Below, in pieces: positions 1-10,344 of a stretch of 32,000 nucleotides of DNA. Numbering within the stretch: position 1 is the first letter of the stretch; the number at the start of each line of letters is the position of its first letter. This DNA comes from Nitrosomonas europaea (lineage in GTDB: Bacteria; Pseudomonadota; Gammaproteobacteria; Burkholderiales; Nitrosomonadaceae). The notes below the pieces were generated by a model that saw nothing but the letters and a program-made list of their open reading frames with translations, was not told the DNA's origin and ran no database searches. A program made the translations under genes and the position numbers. The stretch lies in NCBI RefSeq assembly GCF_900167395.1, contig NZ_FUWK01000026.1, forward strand, positions 1 to 32,000. The letters run 5' to 3'.

Positions 1-119
1 GCCACCAGAAGCATGGTAATCATGCCAAATTTGTAAAATTTGGAGTCATACCACAGTGACATGTCATAGCCTCTCGACGAGACTGATGAGGCACTGCTCG
101 TTCCTAACGTAGTTGCCAT
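1..119 (-). CDS. amoC: Ammonia monooxygenase subunit C (AmoC), first 39 codons only; gene continues beyond the left edge
   Basis: ATG at 119-117 (minus) is preceded by GGAGG at 132-128 with an 8-nt spacer. The frame is open to the window edge, so it is missing from the ORF track. The translation [40 protein letters not shown] matches my memory of the beta-AOB AmoC N-terminus ([15 protein letters not shown] followed by the first TM helix). amoA/amoB would lie left of the window, so operon versus singleton copy cannot be decided. Confidence 0.7.
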   Translation of the reverse strand, partial: MATTLGTSSASSVSSRGYDMSLWYDSKFYKFGMITMLLV

Positions 120-156
120 CTCTTTATCCTCCTATTCACCACATTTTGTTAAAACC

Positions 157-184
157 AGTGATGAAAACTAAACTTTTCATCACT
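157..184 (-). promoter_or_regulatory. Perfect 11-bp stem / 6-nt loop hairpin in the amoC 5' leader
   Basis: agtgatgaaaa (157-167), ctaaac (168-173), ttttcatcact (174-184): the arms are exact reverse complements. On the minus-strand mRNA the hairpin ends 37 nt upstream of the amoC ATG. The structure is seen directly; its function (mRNA stability or translation control) is inferred. Confidence 0.5.
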
Positions 185-825
185 CACTATCGCAAAGAAA
201 CCACAATAACATCATGGTCTCCGCTTGATTTTCGACTCCGTATTTCTCGTTTTGTTCCGGCAAAGCTCCAATACCTCCGCCAGATACATCTGAAAGGCTA
301 GTCACCTTGACCTTTTTAGTCAAGCCCTTTTTTATCCAAACAACCAGCAGCATCAGTAGAATATCAAAAAATCAATCAGTTAAAATAATCAACCCATCCC
401 ACAACCATCACAAAAATTACTCACACCACTCAAGAGAAATTAACCATCTCGGGATTATGGATATAGGTTATTATATTTATCTTTAATAACAATTTACTGT
501 TTGGAAGTGGAACCGACAGCTGCCGAAAGAAATTGCAAGACACCATACAAACTAAAACGATGGCAGCGACAAAAAAGACCGGGATTGAAATCAGAATGAA
601 AATAAGTGTGTTCTGAAAGCACGCGAGAAAGGTGAAAGCAGGAGTAACGAGCCGGGTAGTAAATTACCCAAGATCATGTCTACTATTCCAAGTAACTTTA
701 AGCAAGTCCCTTTGATTATCGTACCGCTATAATTGCCATCGGGAGAGATGAATGTCATCCGGAACCGCTGGATTGCTTTACTAAACTGATTACTCTCCTA
801 CCTAAAGGAGTAATACTGACCAAAA

Positions 826-1350
826 TCAAGGACTGCAGACTTGGGATCCGAGCCAAGGCATTTCTCGTTTAGTTAGATACTTAGAGATACATACCCGGAG
901 TTGGCGAAGTAGCTGCGGTATTCTAGAGGCATCAAAGGATCGTTCAACAGCTTTACGCAGGAGGATCTTGATTTTGGAAAAGGCCTGCTCAATGGGATTG
1001 AAGTCAGAAGAATAGGGCGGTAGATAAAAGATTTTTGCGCCTTTGTCCTTGATCGAACGCCGGCGACCTTGTAGCTGCCCAATTGTTGCAGACGACGATA
1101 TCACCTGACTTGAGGGCAGGACAGAGCTGGGTTCCCACACAAGCCAGGAAAGCTGCGCCGTTCATGAGAGCATCCAGACACTACGGCGCAAGCAGGCCAC
1201 CAAATCCACATTTTCCAAATTTTCGTCAGTTCTCCTTAAGAATCGCACAAACCACCGGAGTATGGAGACTGTTGATCTGTCTCACATAATCTGGGGCACA
1301 TAACCGTACCGCATCTGTAACAACAGGAATAATGAGATTAAAGACATGGA
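826..1350 (-). pseudogene. IS630-family (Tc1/mariner-type DDE) transposase relic, 5'-truncated and frameshifted
   Basis: ORF 826..1140 carries KIFYLPPYSSDFNPIEQAFSKIKILLRKA, the LPPYSPxLNPIE region typical of IS630 transposases. Adjoining transposase segments sit in the other two frames: LDALMNGAAFLACVGTQLCPALKSGDIVV (about 1180-1090), SYKVAGVRS and EYRSYFANSGY (ORF 873..1082). This implies at least 3 frame changes. The N-terminal HTH part is absent because intact rlpA ends at 1452. The boundaries are approximate. Confidence 0.7.
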
Positions 1351-1451
1351 ATTTGCAATCAAACCCACTTGCGTTGCCTTTTCTCAACCCAGACTCCGGG
1401 CTTGAAATCAAAAATGACTCAGCCCTCAACAAGCCTGACAGATTGCTAATA

Positions 1452-2372
1452 TCAGTAAGTATGTCGCACCAATATCGGTTCTGGAGATCCGGCTGTAGTA
1501 ATGATATTTGCTGTTCGATTAGCAGCCTCCAAGTCATGAAACGGCCCTACGAATATCTTATGCAGTCCATTTGCCTGATTGATATGAGTTTGCTGAGTAA
1601 TCGAAGGAAACTCTGACTTTAGTTGCATCAGATAAGACTGCGCATTATGTGCCGATCCGAATGCAGCAAGCTGCAAATAAAATTTCCCATTATCCCCACT
1701 GGAAGCTACTTTTGGCTCCCCACTCGTCTGTTTCCGTGTCATAGCAGGAGGATCAGCACTGCCGAAACGGCCGGGAATGATACTTTCAACCTCTACCCGA
1801 GCACTACCGTTTGCCAGGACACCAAGTTTATAGGCCGCCACATAAGATAGATCAATGAGACGATTTTCCAGAAATGGACCTCTGTCATTGATACGAACGA
1901 CCGCAGAGTTTCCATTCTGCAAATTTGTAACACGCACATAACTTGGTATAGGCAAGGTCGGGTGAGCCGCAGTCATGGAATACATATCATAAATTTCTCC
2001 GGAGGCTGTACGTTTACCATGATAGCGCTTACCGTACCATGAAGCGTGACCACGAGCCTTATAAGGCTTGAGCGCAGTCATGGGTGTGTAGGTTTTACCC
2101 AACGCAACATAGGGACGCATCGTAGTAGTTTTCAGGGGTTCGATACGAGGAACTGCATCAGGAACAGAATCAAGGTTTGAAGGAGGATTCTGTTCCGGGC
2201 CATCATCAAGATAATACCCCCCTCCCGCTCTGGTATGTGAATGTGTGGATGATTGACCCAATCGCGGAGTGTTGCTGCAGGCAGAAACTATGAGCACCAC
2301 CATGACAGCAAGAAGAACAAACAGCGTATTTTTATGCGTGATTGCAAAACAGAAATCAAAATTTATTTTCAT
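1452..2372 (-). CDS. rlpA: Septal ring lytic transglycosylase RlpA (lipoprotein, DPBB + SPOR domains)
   Basis: Lipoprotein signal ..LLAVMVVLIVSAC. RlpA double-psi beta-barrel core: HASWYGKRYHGKRTASGEIYDMYSMTAAHPTLPIPSYVRVTNLQNGNSAVVRINDRGPF. C-terminal SPOR domain: FYLQLAAFGSAHNAQSYL...IFVGPF. I chose the ATG at 2372, 4 nt after the rodA stop; the track start at 2390 is a TTG. Confidence 0.85.
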   Translation of the reverse strand: MKINFDFCFAITHKNTLFVLLAVMVVLIVSACSNTPRLGQSSTHSHTRAGGGYYLDDGPEQNPPSNLDSVPDAVPRIEPLKTTTMRPYVALGKTYTPMTALKPYKARGHASWYGKRYHGKRTASGEIYDMYSMTAAHPTLPIPSYVRVTNLQNGNSAVVRINDRGPFLENRLIDLSYVAAYKLGVLANGSARVEVESIIPGRFGSADPPAMTRKQTSGEPKVASSGDNGKFYLQLAAFGSAHNAQSYLMQLKSEFPSITQQTHINQANGLHKIFVGPFHDLEAANRTANIITTAGSPEPILVRHTY

Positions 2373-2376
2373 ATTT

Positions 2377-3486
2377 TTACGTTTTAACAAGTTTTGGATG
2401 GGTATGAATGCTCATGAGAATTCCAAATCCCAGCAATATAGTAACCATGGAAGTCCCACCGTAACTGATGAGCGGCAGTGGTATTCCAACAACGGGCAAA
2501 ATACCACTTACCATACCCATATTGACGAACACGTAAGTGAAAAAAGTTAAGGTAATCGATCCGGCAACCAGCCTTGTAAACCGTGTTGGCGCTCTTGCCG
2601 TAATCACCAGGCAACGTCCGATTACTATCAGGTAAAGCGACAGTAACAAACTGTTACCAATCAGCCCGAATTCTTCCGAAAATACTGAAAAGATGAAATC
2701 TGTACTGGGTTCGGGCAGAAAGTCAAGCTGGGATTGGGTGCCTTTCAGCCACCCTTTACCTGAGATTCCTCCTGACCCAATAGCAATGCTGGATTGTATC
2801 GTATGATAACCGGCACCCAAAGCATCTTGTGAAGGATCAAGCATGGTCATGACCCGTTTACGCTGATAATCGTGCATACCGAAAGTCCAGAGTAAAGGCA
2901 GACTCACCGCTACCGCAACTGCCAGACCGACTATAATCCGCCACGATAAGCCCGCCAGAAAAATCACATAAAAACCACTGATCAAGATAAGTAGGGCAGT
3001 GCCCAGATCAGGTTGGCGCGCAATCAATAAAACTGGCAACAGTAAAATCAGCACTGCCACAACATAATCACGCCAGCGCAATGTGATGTGAGCCTTGTCG
3101 AAATACCACGACATCATGAGTGGTGCTGCAATTTTGAGCAGTTCCGAGGGCTGAATATTAATAAACCCAAGATTCAACCAGCGACGCGCTCCATTCTGCA
3201 CCTCGCCAAACAACGCTACGGCAACCAGCAGAATGATACCCATTACATAAATTGGAAAAGCGAGCCGCATAATCCTCTGGAGCGGAATATTGGCTACCGT
3301 CCACATCACCACAAATGCAACAATCATGTTAATCAGTTGGCTGATTACCCGGGTAAGATTCCCGCCGGTAGCACTATACAGCACGATTAATCCGGTCAGC
3401 ATGAGCAGAAAAATTCCGGCAAGCAGAAAATTATCGATATAGCGAGTGAAGTAGTACCATATCTTTTTGATATCCAGAGTGATCAT
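2377..3486 (-). CDS. rodA: SEDS-family peptidoglycan glycosyltransferase RodA (MrdB)
   Basis: Polytopic membrane protein with the FtsW/RodA motif region GSGGISGKGWLKGTQSQLDFLPEPSTDFIFSVFSEEFGLIG. It lies directly downstream of mrdA. I chose the ATG at 3486 (MITLDIKKIW...) over the upstream TTG at 3525. Confidence 0.9.
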   Translation of the reverse strand: MITLDIKKIWYYFTRYIDNFLLAGIFLLMLTGLIVLYSATGGNLTRVISQLINMIVAFVVMWTVANIPLQRIMRLAFPIYVMGIILLVAVALFGEVQNGARRWLNLGFINIQPSELLKIAAPLMMSWYFDKAHITLRWRDYVVAVLILLLPVLLIARQPDLGTALLILISGFYVIFLAGLSWRIIVGLAVAVAVSLPLLWTFGMHDYQRKRVMTMLDPSQDALGAGYHTIQSSIAIGSGGISGKGWLKGTQSQLDFLPEPSTDFIFSVFSEEFGLIGNSLLLSLYLIVIGRCLVITARAPTRFTRLVAGSITLTFFTYVFVNMGMVSGILPVVGIPLPLISYGGTSMVTILLGFGILMSIHTHPKLVKT

Positions 3487-3596
3487 ATTGTGACCAGAAT
3501 CCTGAAATTCACAGCTAATCAGCAAAATTTACGGCAATCATGAAATTGCTTTCTCCATTGCCGAAATCGAATCGCTGCGAGAGTGGTATATATTCT

Positions 3597-5474
3597 TTAT
3601 CCCGCCTTTTCTGCCGGTTCAGGCATTTTGCCCAGAAAAAAATAATCCAGTACCTTACGTGCAATGGGTGCTGCGGTTGATCCACCTGAACCACCGTTCT
3701 CAACCAACACCGTCAGAACGATTTTCGGATCTTCAGCAGGCGCGAAAGCTGTAAACAAGGCATGATCGCGATGCCGCTCATTGATTCTGCTGGCATTGTA
3801 ACGCTCCCCTTGTTTGATATTGATTACCTGGGAAGTACCGGTTTTGCCAGCAAAAGTGTAGGCTGCATTGGCACCCGCCCGGGAAGCCGTACCACCAGGG
3901 CGTGTCACATCTGTTAGCGCCTGTTTGACATAATCCAGGTACTCCTGCTTCAAATTGAGCCGGTACATTTCTTCTACAAAATTATCCTCAACAAGATGTT
4001 TGTTGTGATCTACCTGCTGTTTAACGAAATGAGGCTTGTAAGCCCTGCCATCATTGGCCAGCAGCATCATTGCAAAGGTCAGCTGAAATGGAGTGGATAA
4101 ATTGAATCCCTGACCGATACCCACCGAAATCGTATCGCCCGGCAACCAGTTCTGTTTGAATCGCTTCTTCTTCCATTCCGGCGAAGGCAACAGTCCACGG
4201 ACTTCTCCAGGAATATCGATACCGATCTCCCTGCCAAAACCAAATTGTCCGATGAAATTATGAATATTGGTAATACCCAGATCATGGGCAAGCATGTAGT
4301 AATAGGTATCACATGAAATCACCAGAGATTTACGCAAATCAACCCAGCCATGCCCTCCGGGTTTCCAGTCACGAAAACGGTGCGAGCTACCGGGCAAACT
4401 GAAGAAGCCTGGATCATTGAATGCGTAACGAATAGAACGTTTACCCAGCTCCAGTCCGGCCAGTGCCATAAATGGCTTGAAAGTGGAACCGGGAGGGTAC
4501 ACACCGCGCAATGCGCGGTTGTTCAACGGTCTGTCAATGGATTCATTGAGCAAACGCCAGTTGGCATGATCGATGCCATCAACGAACAGATTGGGATCAA
4601 AACCCGGTTTGCTGACAAAAGCAAGGATTTCCCCATTGGATGGATCCAGTGCAACCAGAGCACCGCGATAATCCCCAAAGGCCTGTACGGCTGCCTGCTG
4701 CAGGCCAATATCGAGAGAAAGTGTAAGATCGTTCCCGGCAACCGGCGCAACTCGGGATAAGGTACGTACAGGGCGGCCAACGGCATCCGTCTCAACCTGT
4801 TCAAAACCCGTCTGCCCATGTAAAGCATTTTCATAGCTCTTCTCGATACCAATACGCCCGGTGTGCGTAGAACCACGGTAATTCTTGAGCCGTTTATCAG
4901 CTTCAAACTGTTCCAGATCCTTATCATTGATACGGCCAATATAGCCAATCACATGAGAAACCAACTCTCCCCTCGGGTAATGTCTGAGTGGATGTGCCTT
5001 GATATCCATTCCGGGAAAACGATATTGATTTTCCGCAAACCGGGCCACTTCGATGTCTGTCAGGCGGGAACGTATGGGCAGACTCTTAAATCGCGTACTT
5101 TCCCGCTTCAGCTTGTTGAAGCGCCTGCGATCTTCGGGTGTGATTTCGACTACAGTTGCCAGCTCATCAATAGCTGACTCGAGATTTTTAACCTGATCGG
5201 GAACTATTTCCAGAGTGTAGGCCGTGTAATTCTGAGCCAGAATTTCTCCGTTGCGATCAAATATCAGCCCCCGGTTAGGCGTCAGTGGCTGAATAGTAAT
5301 ACGATTTGCTTCTGCAAGTGTCGTATAGTGTTCACCCTGTGATACTTGCAAATAGAAAAAACGGCTAAATAACAAACCGAACAAAATGATGACGATGACT
5401 GCACAGATAGCCAGTCTGATACGAAAAAGCCGAATCTCTCGTGTATGGTCACGCAGTTCTACGGTATTGTTCAT
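3597..5474 (-). CDS. mrdA: Penicillin-binding protein 2 (elongasome transpeptidase)
   Basis: N-terminal membrane anchor. Transpeptidase motifs STFK (GSTFKPF), SxD (ISCDTYY) and KTGT (AGKTGTSQV). The start overlaps the mreD stop (ATGA). Confidence 0.9.
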   Translation of the reverse strand: MNNTVELRDHTREIRLFRIRLAICAVIVIILFGLLFSRFFYLQVSQGEHYTTLAEANRITIQPLTPNRGLIFDRNGEILAQNYTAYTLEIVPDQVKNLESAIDELATVVEITPEDRRRFNKLKRESTRFKSLPIRSRLTDIEVARFAENQYRFPGMDIKAHPLRHYPRGELVSHVIGYIGRINDKDLEQFEADKRLKNYRGSTHTGRIGIEKSYENALHGQTGFEQVETDAVGRPVRTLSRVAPVAGNDLTLSLDIGLQQAAVQAFGDYRGALVALDPSNGEILAFVSKPGFDPNLFVDGIDHANWRLLNESIDRPLNNRALRGVYPPGSTFKPFMALAGLELGKRSIRYAFNDPGFFSLPGSSHRFRDWKPGGHGWVDLRKSLVISCDTYYYMLAHDLGITNIHNFIGQFGFGREIGIDIPGEVRGLLPSPEWKKKRFKQNWLPGDTISVGIGQGFNLSTPFQLTFAMMLLANDGRAYKPHFVKQQVDHNKHLVEDNFVEEMYRLNLKQEYLDYVKQALTDVTRPGGTASRAGANAAYTFAGKTGTSQVINIKQGERYNASRINERHRDHALFTAFAPAEDPKIVLTVLVENGGSGGSTAAPIARKVLDYFFLGKMPEPAEKAG

Positions 5475-6022
5475 ATTTCATCAGGTTCGATTCGCTGTTT
5501 TCGAAAACTCCCCAACAAAAATACGAACAGGGGCCAGCATAGTGCTCCAGTTACACTGCCAAGAAAAAAATACCATTCGGGAATATAAGTACCCGCCAGA
5601 ATTCCAGTCAGGAATATCATCGCCTGACCGAGTAACAGTATCCATAAAACGGCAGGAATCTGCCGGAAAGCACTGAACAGCCGCAAGCGCCGATGCAAAA
5701 TCAGGGCAAAAAATGTCATTAGACAATAAGCAATTGCGTGCTGTCCCATAATACTGGTATCGACGACATCCATTACCAGCCCGCACAAGAAAGCAATACC
5801 CATACCTGCCTGCTGCGGCTGGTGAATATTCCAGTAAAGCAGTGTCAAAGCCACGAAATCCGGGCGCAAAACCAGTATCACCTTATCAAATGGCATCAGG
5901 TTGACTAACACTGCCATTATCAGATTCAGATAAACCAGCGATCTTCTTGCAGGAAGAGAAAATTCCTGGGCAACGTAATCATGTTCCGTGATTCTTGGTT
6001 TGCCGGTTTTTCTGGGGCGCAT
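5471..6022 (-). CDS. mreD: Rod shape-determining protein MreD
   Basis: Small polytopic membrane protein following mreC. The region RRSLVYLNLIMAVLVNLMPFDKVILVLRPDFVALTLLYW aligns by eye with E. coli MreD (..[23 protein letters not shown]). The only in-frame start upstream of TM1 is the ATG at 6022, which overlaps mreC by 44 nt. Confidence 0.8.
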   Translation of the reverse strand: MRPRKTGKPRITEHDYVAQEFSLPARRSLVYLNLIMAVLVNLMPFDKVILVLRPDFVALTLLYWNIHQPQQAGMGIAFLCGLVMDVVDTSIMGQHAIAYCLMTFFALILHRRLRLFSAFRQIPAVLWILLLGQAMIFLTGILAGTYIPEWYFFLGSVTGALCWPLFVFLLGSFRKQRIEPDEI

Positions 6023-6881
6023 AGGATTCAGGGTTATCTGAAATTTCCGGAGTGGGCACAGAGCCGATCAGGACGAGCACCTGCCTGTGACGATCCACAC
6101 CCGCTACGGGGACACATATGATACGCGCAAACTTATGTGAACGATCATATTCGATATGAGCCACCCGCCCCACAGGCAGACCAGGCGGGTAAACACCACC
6201 GATCCCCGAGGTGGCCAACAAATCACCTTCCCGGATATCTGTATTGATCGATAAAAAACGCAGCTCCAGTTCACTGTTTTTGCCAGCCCCGGAGATCACC
6301 GTTCTCAAACCATTACGATCGATCTGCACAGGAACCATGTGATTCTTATCTGTGATCAACGTCACTTCTGATGTCCAGGGAAAAACCCGTGTTACCTGGC
6401 CGATCACACCGAGATCGTCGATAACGACCTGCCCCGGTTTGACCCCATTCGAGCTTCCTTTACCCAATGTTATCTTACGACTGAAAGGATCACGCGGTGT
6501 ATAAAGTATCTCCGCCAGAACTGTCTGAATTTCTGTTTGCCTGGCAGCCCCAAGCAGTGCGCGCAAATGCTCATTCTCACTCGCCAATGCCTGTAACCGG
6601 AAGAAATCATGCCGGCTGGTCAGGTATTCACGCCTGAGATGATCAATCTCCTCGATGAGCTTGAAGTCCGAAATATACTGATCCACCTTCTCCTGCAGGG
6701 AAAAAGGCAGATACGCCAGTTTCTGCAACGGAGAAATAGCGACCCCAATCACACGCCTTGCTTCAGCAATAAAATCTGATCGGGAATCAGCGATCATTAT
6801 GAAGACAGATAACAATACAAAGAAAAACATCCGTGTCAGCGGGCTCGGACCTACCTTGAAGAACTGCGGGGGAGTGTGCAT
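5979..6881 (-). CDS. mreC: Rod shape-determining protein MreC
   Basis: MHTPPQFFKVGPSPLTRMFFFVLLSVFIMIADSR resembles the E. coli MreC N-terminus (..GPSLQIRLILAVLVALGIIIADSR). It has a coiled-coil segment and beta-rich core (GVIGQVTRVFPWTSEVTLITD.. GIGGVYPPGLPVG). I chose the ATG at 6881 with GAGAGG upstream over the track start at 6956. Confidence 0.85.
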   Translation of the reverse strand: MHTPPQFFKVGPSPLTRMFFFVLLSVFIMIADSRSDFIAEARRVIGVAISPLQKLAYLPFSLQEKVDQYISDFKLIEEIDHLRREYLTSRHDFFRLQALASENEHLRALLGAARQTEIQTVLAEILYTPRDPFSRKITLGKGSSNGVKPGQVVIDDLGVIGQVTRVFPWTSEVTLITDKNHMVPVQIDRNGLRTVISGAGKNSELELRFLSINTDIREGDLLATSGIGGVYPPGLPVGRVAHIEYDRSHKFARIICVPVAGVDRHRQVLVLIGSVPTPEISDNPESYAPQKNRQTKNHGT

Positions 6882-7258
6882 GTAGCCTCTCAGCATTTGT
6901 TCCTGTACCCAAATCGATAAACTGGGCCTGATGTCTGTAAACAGGATCGCCGACAACCAGGAAGCTTAAATAAATGGCATATAATACATCAGTATACCAA
7001 AGCTCCCGAGATACAACGCCACACGGTAACATTGCTGAAAAAGAACTGGAACTCGAAACGATCAACCTGTTTCACCAAACTCACCATTTCGGCAAATCGG
7101 TCATCAAGGTTTGCAAAGGAATGTTTTTCAATCTGATACGAGCAGATTGCAGTAGCGGCATCAGATTCGAAGTACCCAATAACTCACGCTATAAAAAACT
7201 TTTATCGTAAAAGAAGATAAGCATATCTGTAACCAGGCACGCTTACCTCGAAGAGGTA

Positions 7259-8350
<1,092 letters not shown>

Positions 8351-8478
8351 TTATTGCTCAGCAGGAATTTTGTAAGTCTGGCCTTGGAACAAGCGCCACA
8401 GACACATAAAAATATACGTTTGACAGGTGTGCATGATACTCTATTAGCTGTCTTGGTATAAATAGAAAGCTTCAAAAT

Positions 8479-8766
8479 ATGACCTTGTCACTGAACGATA
8501 TCAAACGTGTTGCAAAGCTCGCCCGCATTGAAATCAGCGAAACGGATGCTCAGCAGAATCTGGTCCGATTATCCGGAATATTTGATCTGATCGAACAAAT
8601 GCGGGCAGTTGATACGCAGGGAATCAAGCCAATGAGCCATTCTCAGGATATGGTGCAAAGGTTACGTGAAGATATTGTCACTGAATCCGATCAGCGTACT
8701 CTGTTTCAATCAGTTGCTCCTCAGATCGAGGATGGATACTACCTGGTTCCCAAAGTAATCGAATAA
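8479..8766 (+). CDS. gatC: Asp/Glu-tRNA amidotransferase subunit C
   Basis: 95 aa. The N-terminus (LSLNDIKRVAKLARIEISETDAQ) and C-terminus (DGYYLVPKVIE) are typical of GatC. It is followed by gatA and gatB. Confidence 0.95.
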   Translation: MTLSLNDIKRVAKLARIEISETDAQQNLVRLSGIFDLIEQMRAVDTQGIKPMSHSQDMVQRLREDIVTESDQRTLFQSVAPQIEDGYYLVPKVIE

Positions 8767-8828
8767 CGCAGACTGTAAAATCCGCATTTTTGCCCGTCTA
8801 TTTCCAATATATTCCACTGCACTGACAC

Positions 8829-10289
8829 ATGTTAAATGCCAGCCTCAGGCAGCTTTCCTTGTTGCTCTCAGAAAAGAAAATATCCAGCACCGAACTCACC
8901 AGTGAGTTTTTATCCCGCATCAAAGCGCTTAATCCTGATCTGAATGCCTTTATCACTATCGATGAGGAAAAAAGTCTGGATCAGGCCAACGTTGCCGACA
9001 AGATGATTGCTGCAGGACGATCGACTCCTCTCACCGGAATACCCATTGCACAAAAAGATATTTTCTGCGCCAGGGGATGGCTGACCACCTGCGGATCAAA
9101 AATGCTCTCAAATTTTGTTTCACCCTATGATGCCACCGTGGTGGAACGATTCGATCAGGCAGGCATGGTGAATCTGGGTAAAACCAATATGGATGAGTTC
9201 GCCATGGGATCAAGTAACGAGACATCCTATTATGGTCCGGTAAAAAATCCCTGGGACAGATTGGCCGTACCGGGTGGCAGCTCGGGCGGCTCAGCCTGCG
9301 CAGTAGCAGCCAGACTGGCGCCAGCGGCAACTGGTTCTGATACGGGGGGCTCCATTCGTCAACCGGCTGCATTATGCGGAATCAGTGGAATCAAACCCAC
9401 TTATGGCCTGGTTTCCCGCTACGGCATGATCGCATTTGCCTCCAGCCTGGACCAGGGCGGACCCATGGCCAAATCTGCTGAAGACCTGGCCTTGTTGTTG
9501 AATACCATGGTCGGATTTGATGAGCGTGATTCAACCAGTCTGCAACGAGCAGAAGAAAACTATACGCAAGATCTGGAAAAACCGGTGAACGGGTTGCGCA
9601 TCGGTCTGCCGAAGGAATTTTTTGCGGAAGGCATGAGCAGCGATGTTTCCAACGTGATTGAAGCCGCTCTGGCAGAGTATCGCAAACTGGGTGCAACATT
9701 TGTCGAGGTTTCCCTGCCGAACAGCAAGCTTGCCGTCCCGGTTTACTATGTGCTCGCACCTGCTGAAGCATCCAGCAATCTGTCGCGTTTCGATGGCGTG
9801 CGATATGGCTATCGCACCGCACAATACAGCAGTCTGGAAGATTTATATACCAAAACCCGGGCAGAAGGATTCGGTGAAGAAGTGAAGCGCCGCATTCTCA
9901 TTGGTACTTATGTATTATCCCACGGCTATTATGACGCCTACTACCTTCAGGCTCAGAAATTACGCCGCCTGATTGCCGAGGATTTCAGGAAAGCTTTTGA
10001 ACAGTGCGACCTGATCATGGGGCCGACTACACCTACCGTGGCATTCAATATTGGCGAGAAATGCGATGACCCCATCCAGATGTACCTGTCCGACATCTAT
10101 ACCAGTACCGCCAGCCTGGCAGGATTGCCGGGTATGTCGATACCGGCCGGATTCGGCAGTAAAAACAGGCCGGTAGGTTTACATATCATCGGAAACTATT
10201 TCAGGGAAGCACAAATGCTGAATGTCGCCCACCGCTACCAGCAGGTAACAAACTGGCACGAACTCACTCCGCCGGAAACCAGTAACTGA
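8829..10289 (+). CDS. gatA: Asp/Glu-tRNA amidotransferase subunit A
   Basis: Amidase signature [13 protein letters not shown]...[13 protein letters not shown]. Its size and position between gatC and gatB fit. Confidence 0.95.
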   Translation: MLNASLRQLSLLLSEKKISSTELTSEFLSRIKALNPDLNAFITIDEEKSLDQANVADKMIAAGRSTPLTGIPIAQKDIFCARGWLTTCGSKMLSNFVSPYDATVVERFDQAGMVNLGKTNMDEFAMGSSNETSYYGPVKNPWDRLAVPGGSSGGSACAVAARLAPAATGSDTGGSIRQPAALCGISGIKPTYGLVSRYGMIAFASSLDQGGPMAKSAEDLALLLNTMVGFDERDSTSLQRAEENYTQDLEKPVNGLRIGLPKEFFAEGMSSDVSNVIEAALAEYRKLGATFVEVSLPNSKLAVPVYYVLAPAEASSNLSRFDGVRYGYRTAQYSSLEDLYTKTRAEGFGEEVKRRILIGTYVLSHGYYDAYYLQAQKLRRLIAEDFRKAFEQCDLIMGPTTPTVAFNIGEKCDDPIQMYLSDIYTSTASLAGLPGMSIPAGFGSKNRPVGLHIIGNYFREAQMLNVAHRYQQVTNWHELTPPETSN

Positions 10290-10344
10290 GATACGTCCCT
10301 GTTTTCTAACAGCAAACGATTAAAAGCAAAAGGATTAGCTGATC

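Noticed and set aside
113-301. 62-aa + strand ORF overlapping the amoC start and leader
   Set aside because: It has a TTG start and no RBS. It lies antisense to the amoC SD and ATG, and its composition is not protein-like.
306-333. Hairpin cttgac/ctttta-loop/gtcaag followed by ccc and T6, resembling a + strand intrinsic terminator
   Set aside because: The stem is only 6 bp with 3 GC pairs. No + strand gene lies upstream to terminate. I kept it only as a note within the amoC leader finding.
1226-1537. 103-aa minus ORF spanning the rlpA 3' end and the IS relic
   Set aside because: Its N-terminal part is an alternative frame of the well-supported rlpA SPOR domain. Only its C-terminal part resembles transposase sequence, and that part is already covered by the pseudogene call.
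6974-7210. 78-aa + ORF and 92-aa minus ORF (6787..7065) in the mreB-mreC spacer
   Set aside because: Neither has an RBS or recognisable motifs. The minus ORF overlaps the mreC start region in another frame.
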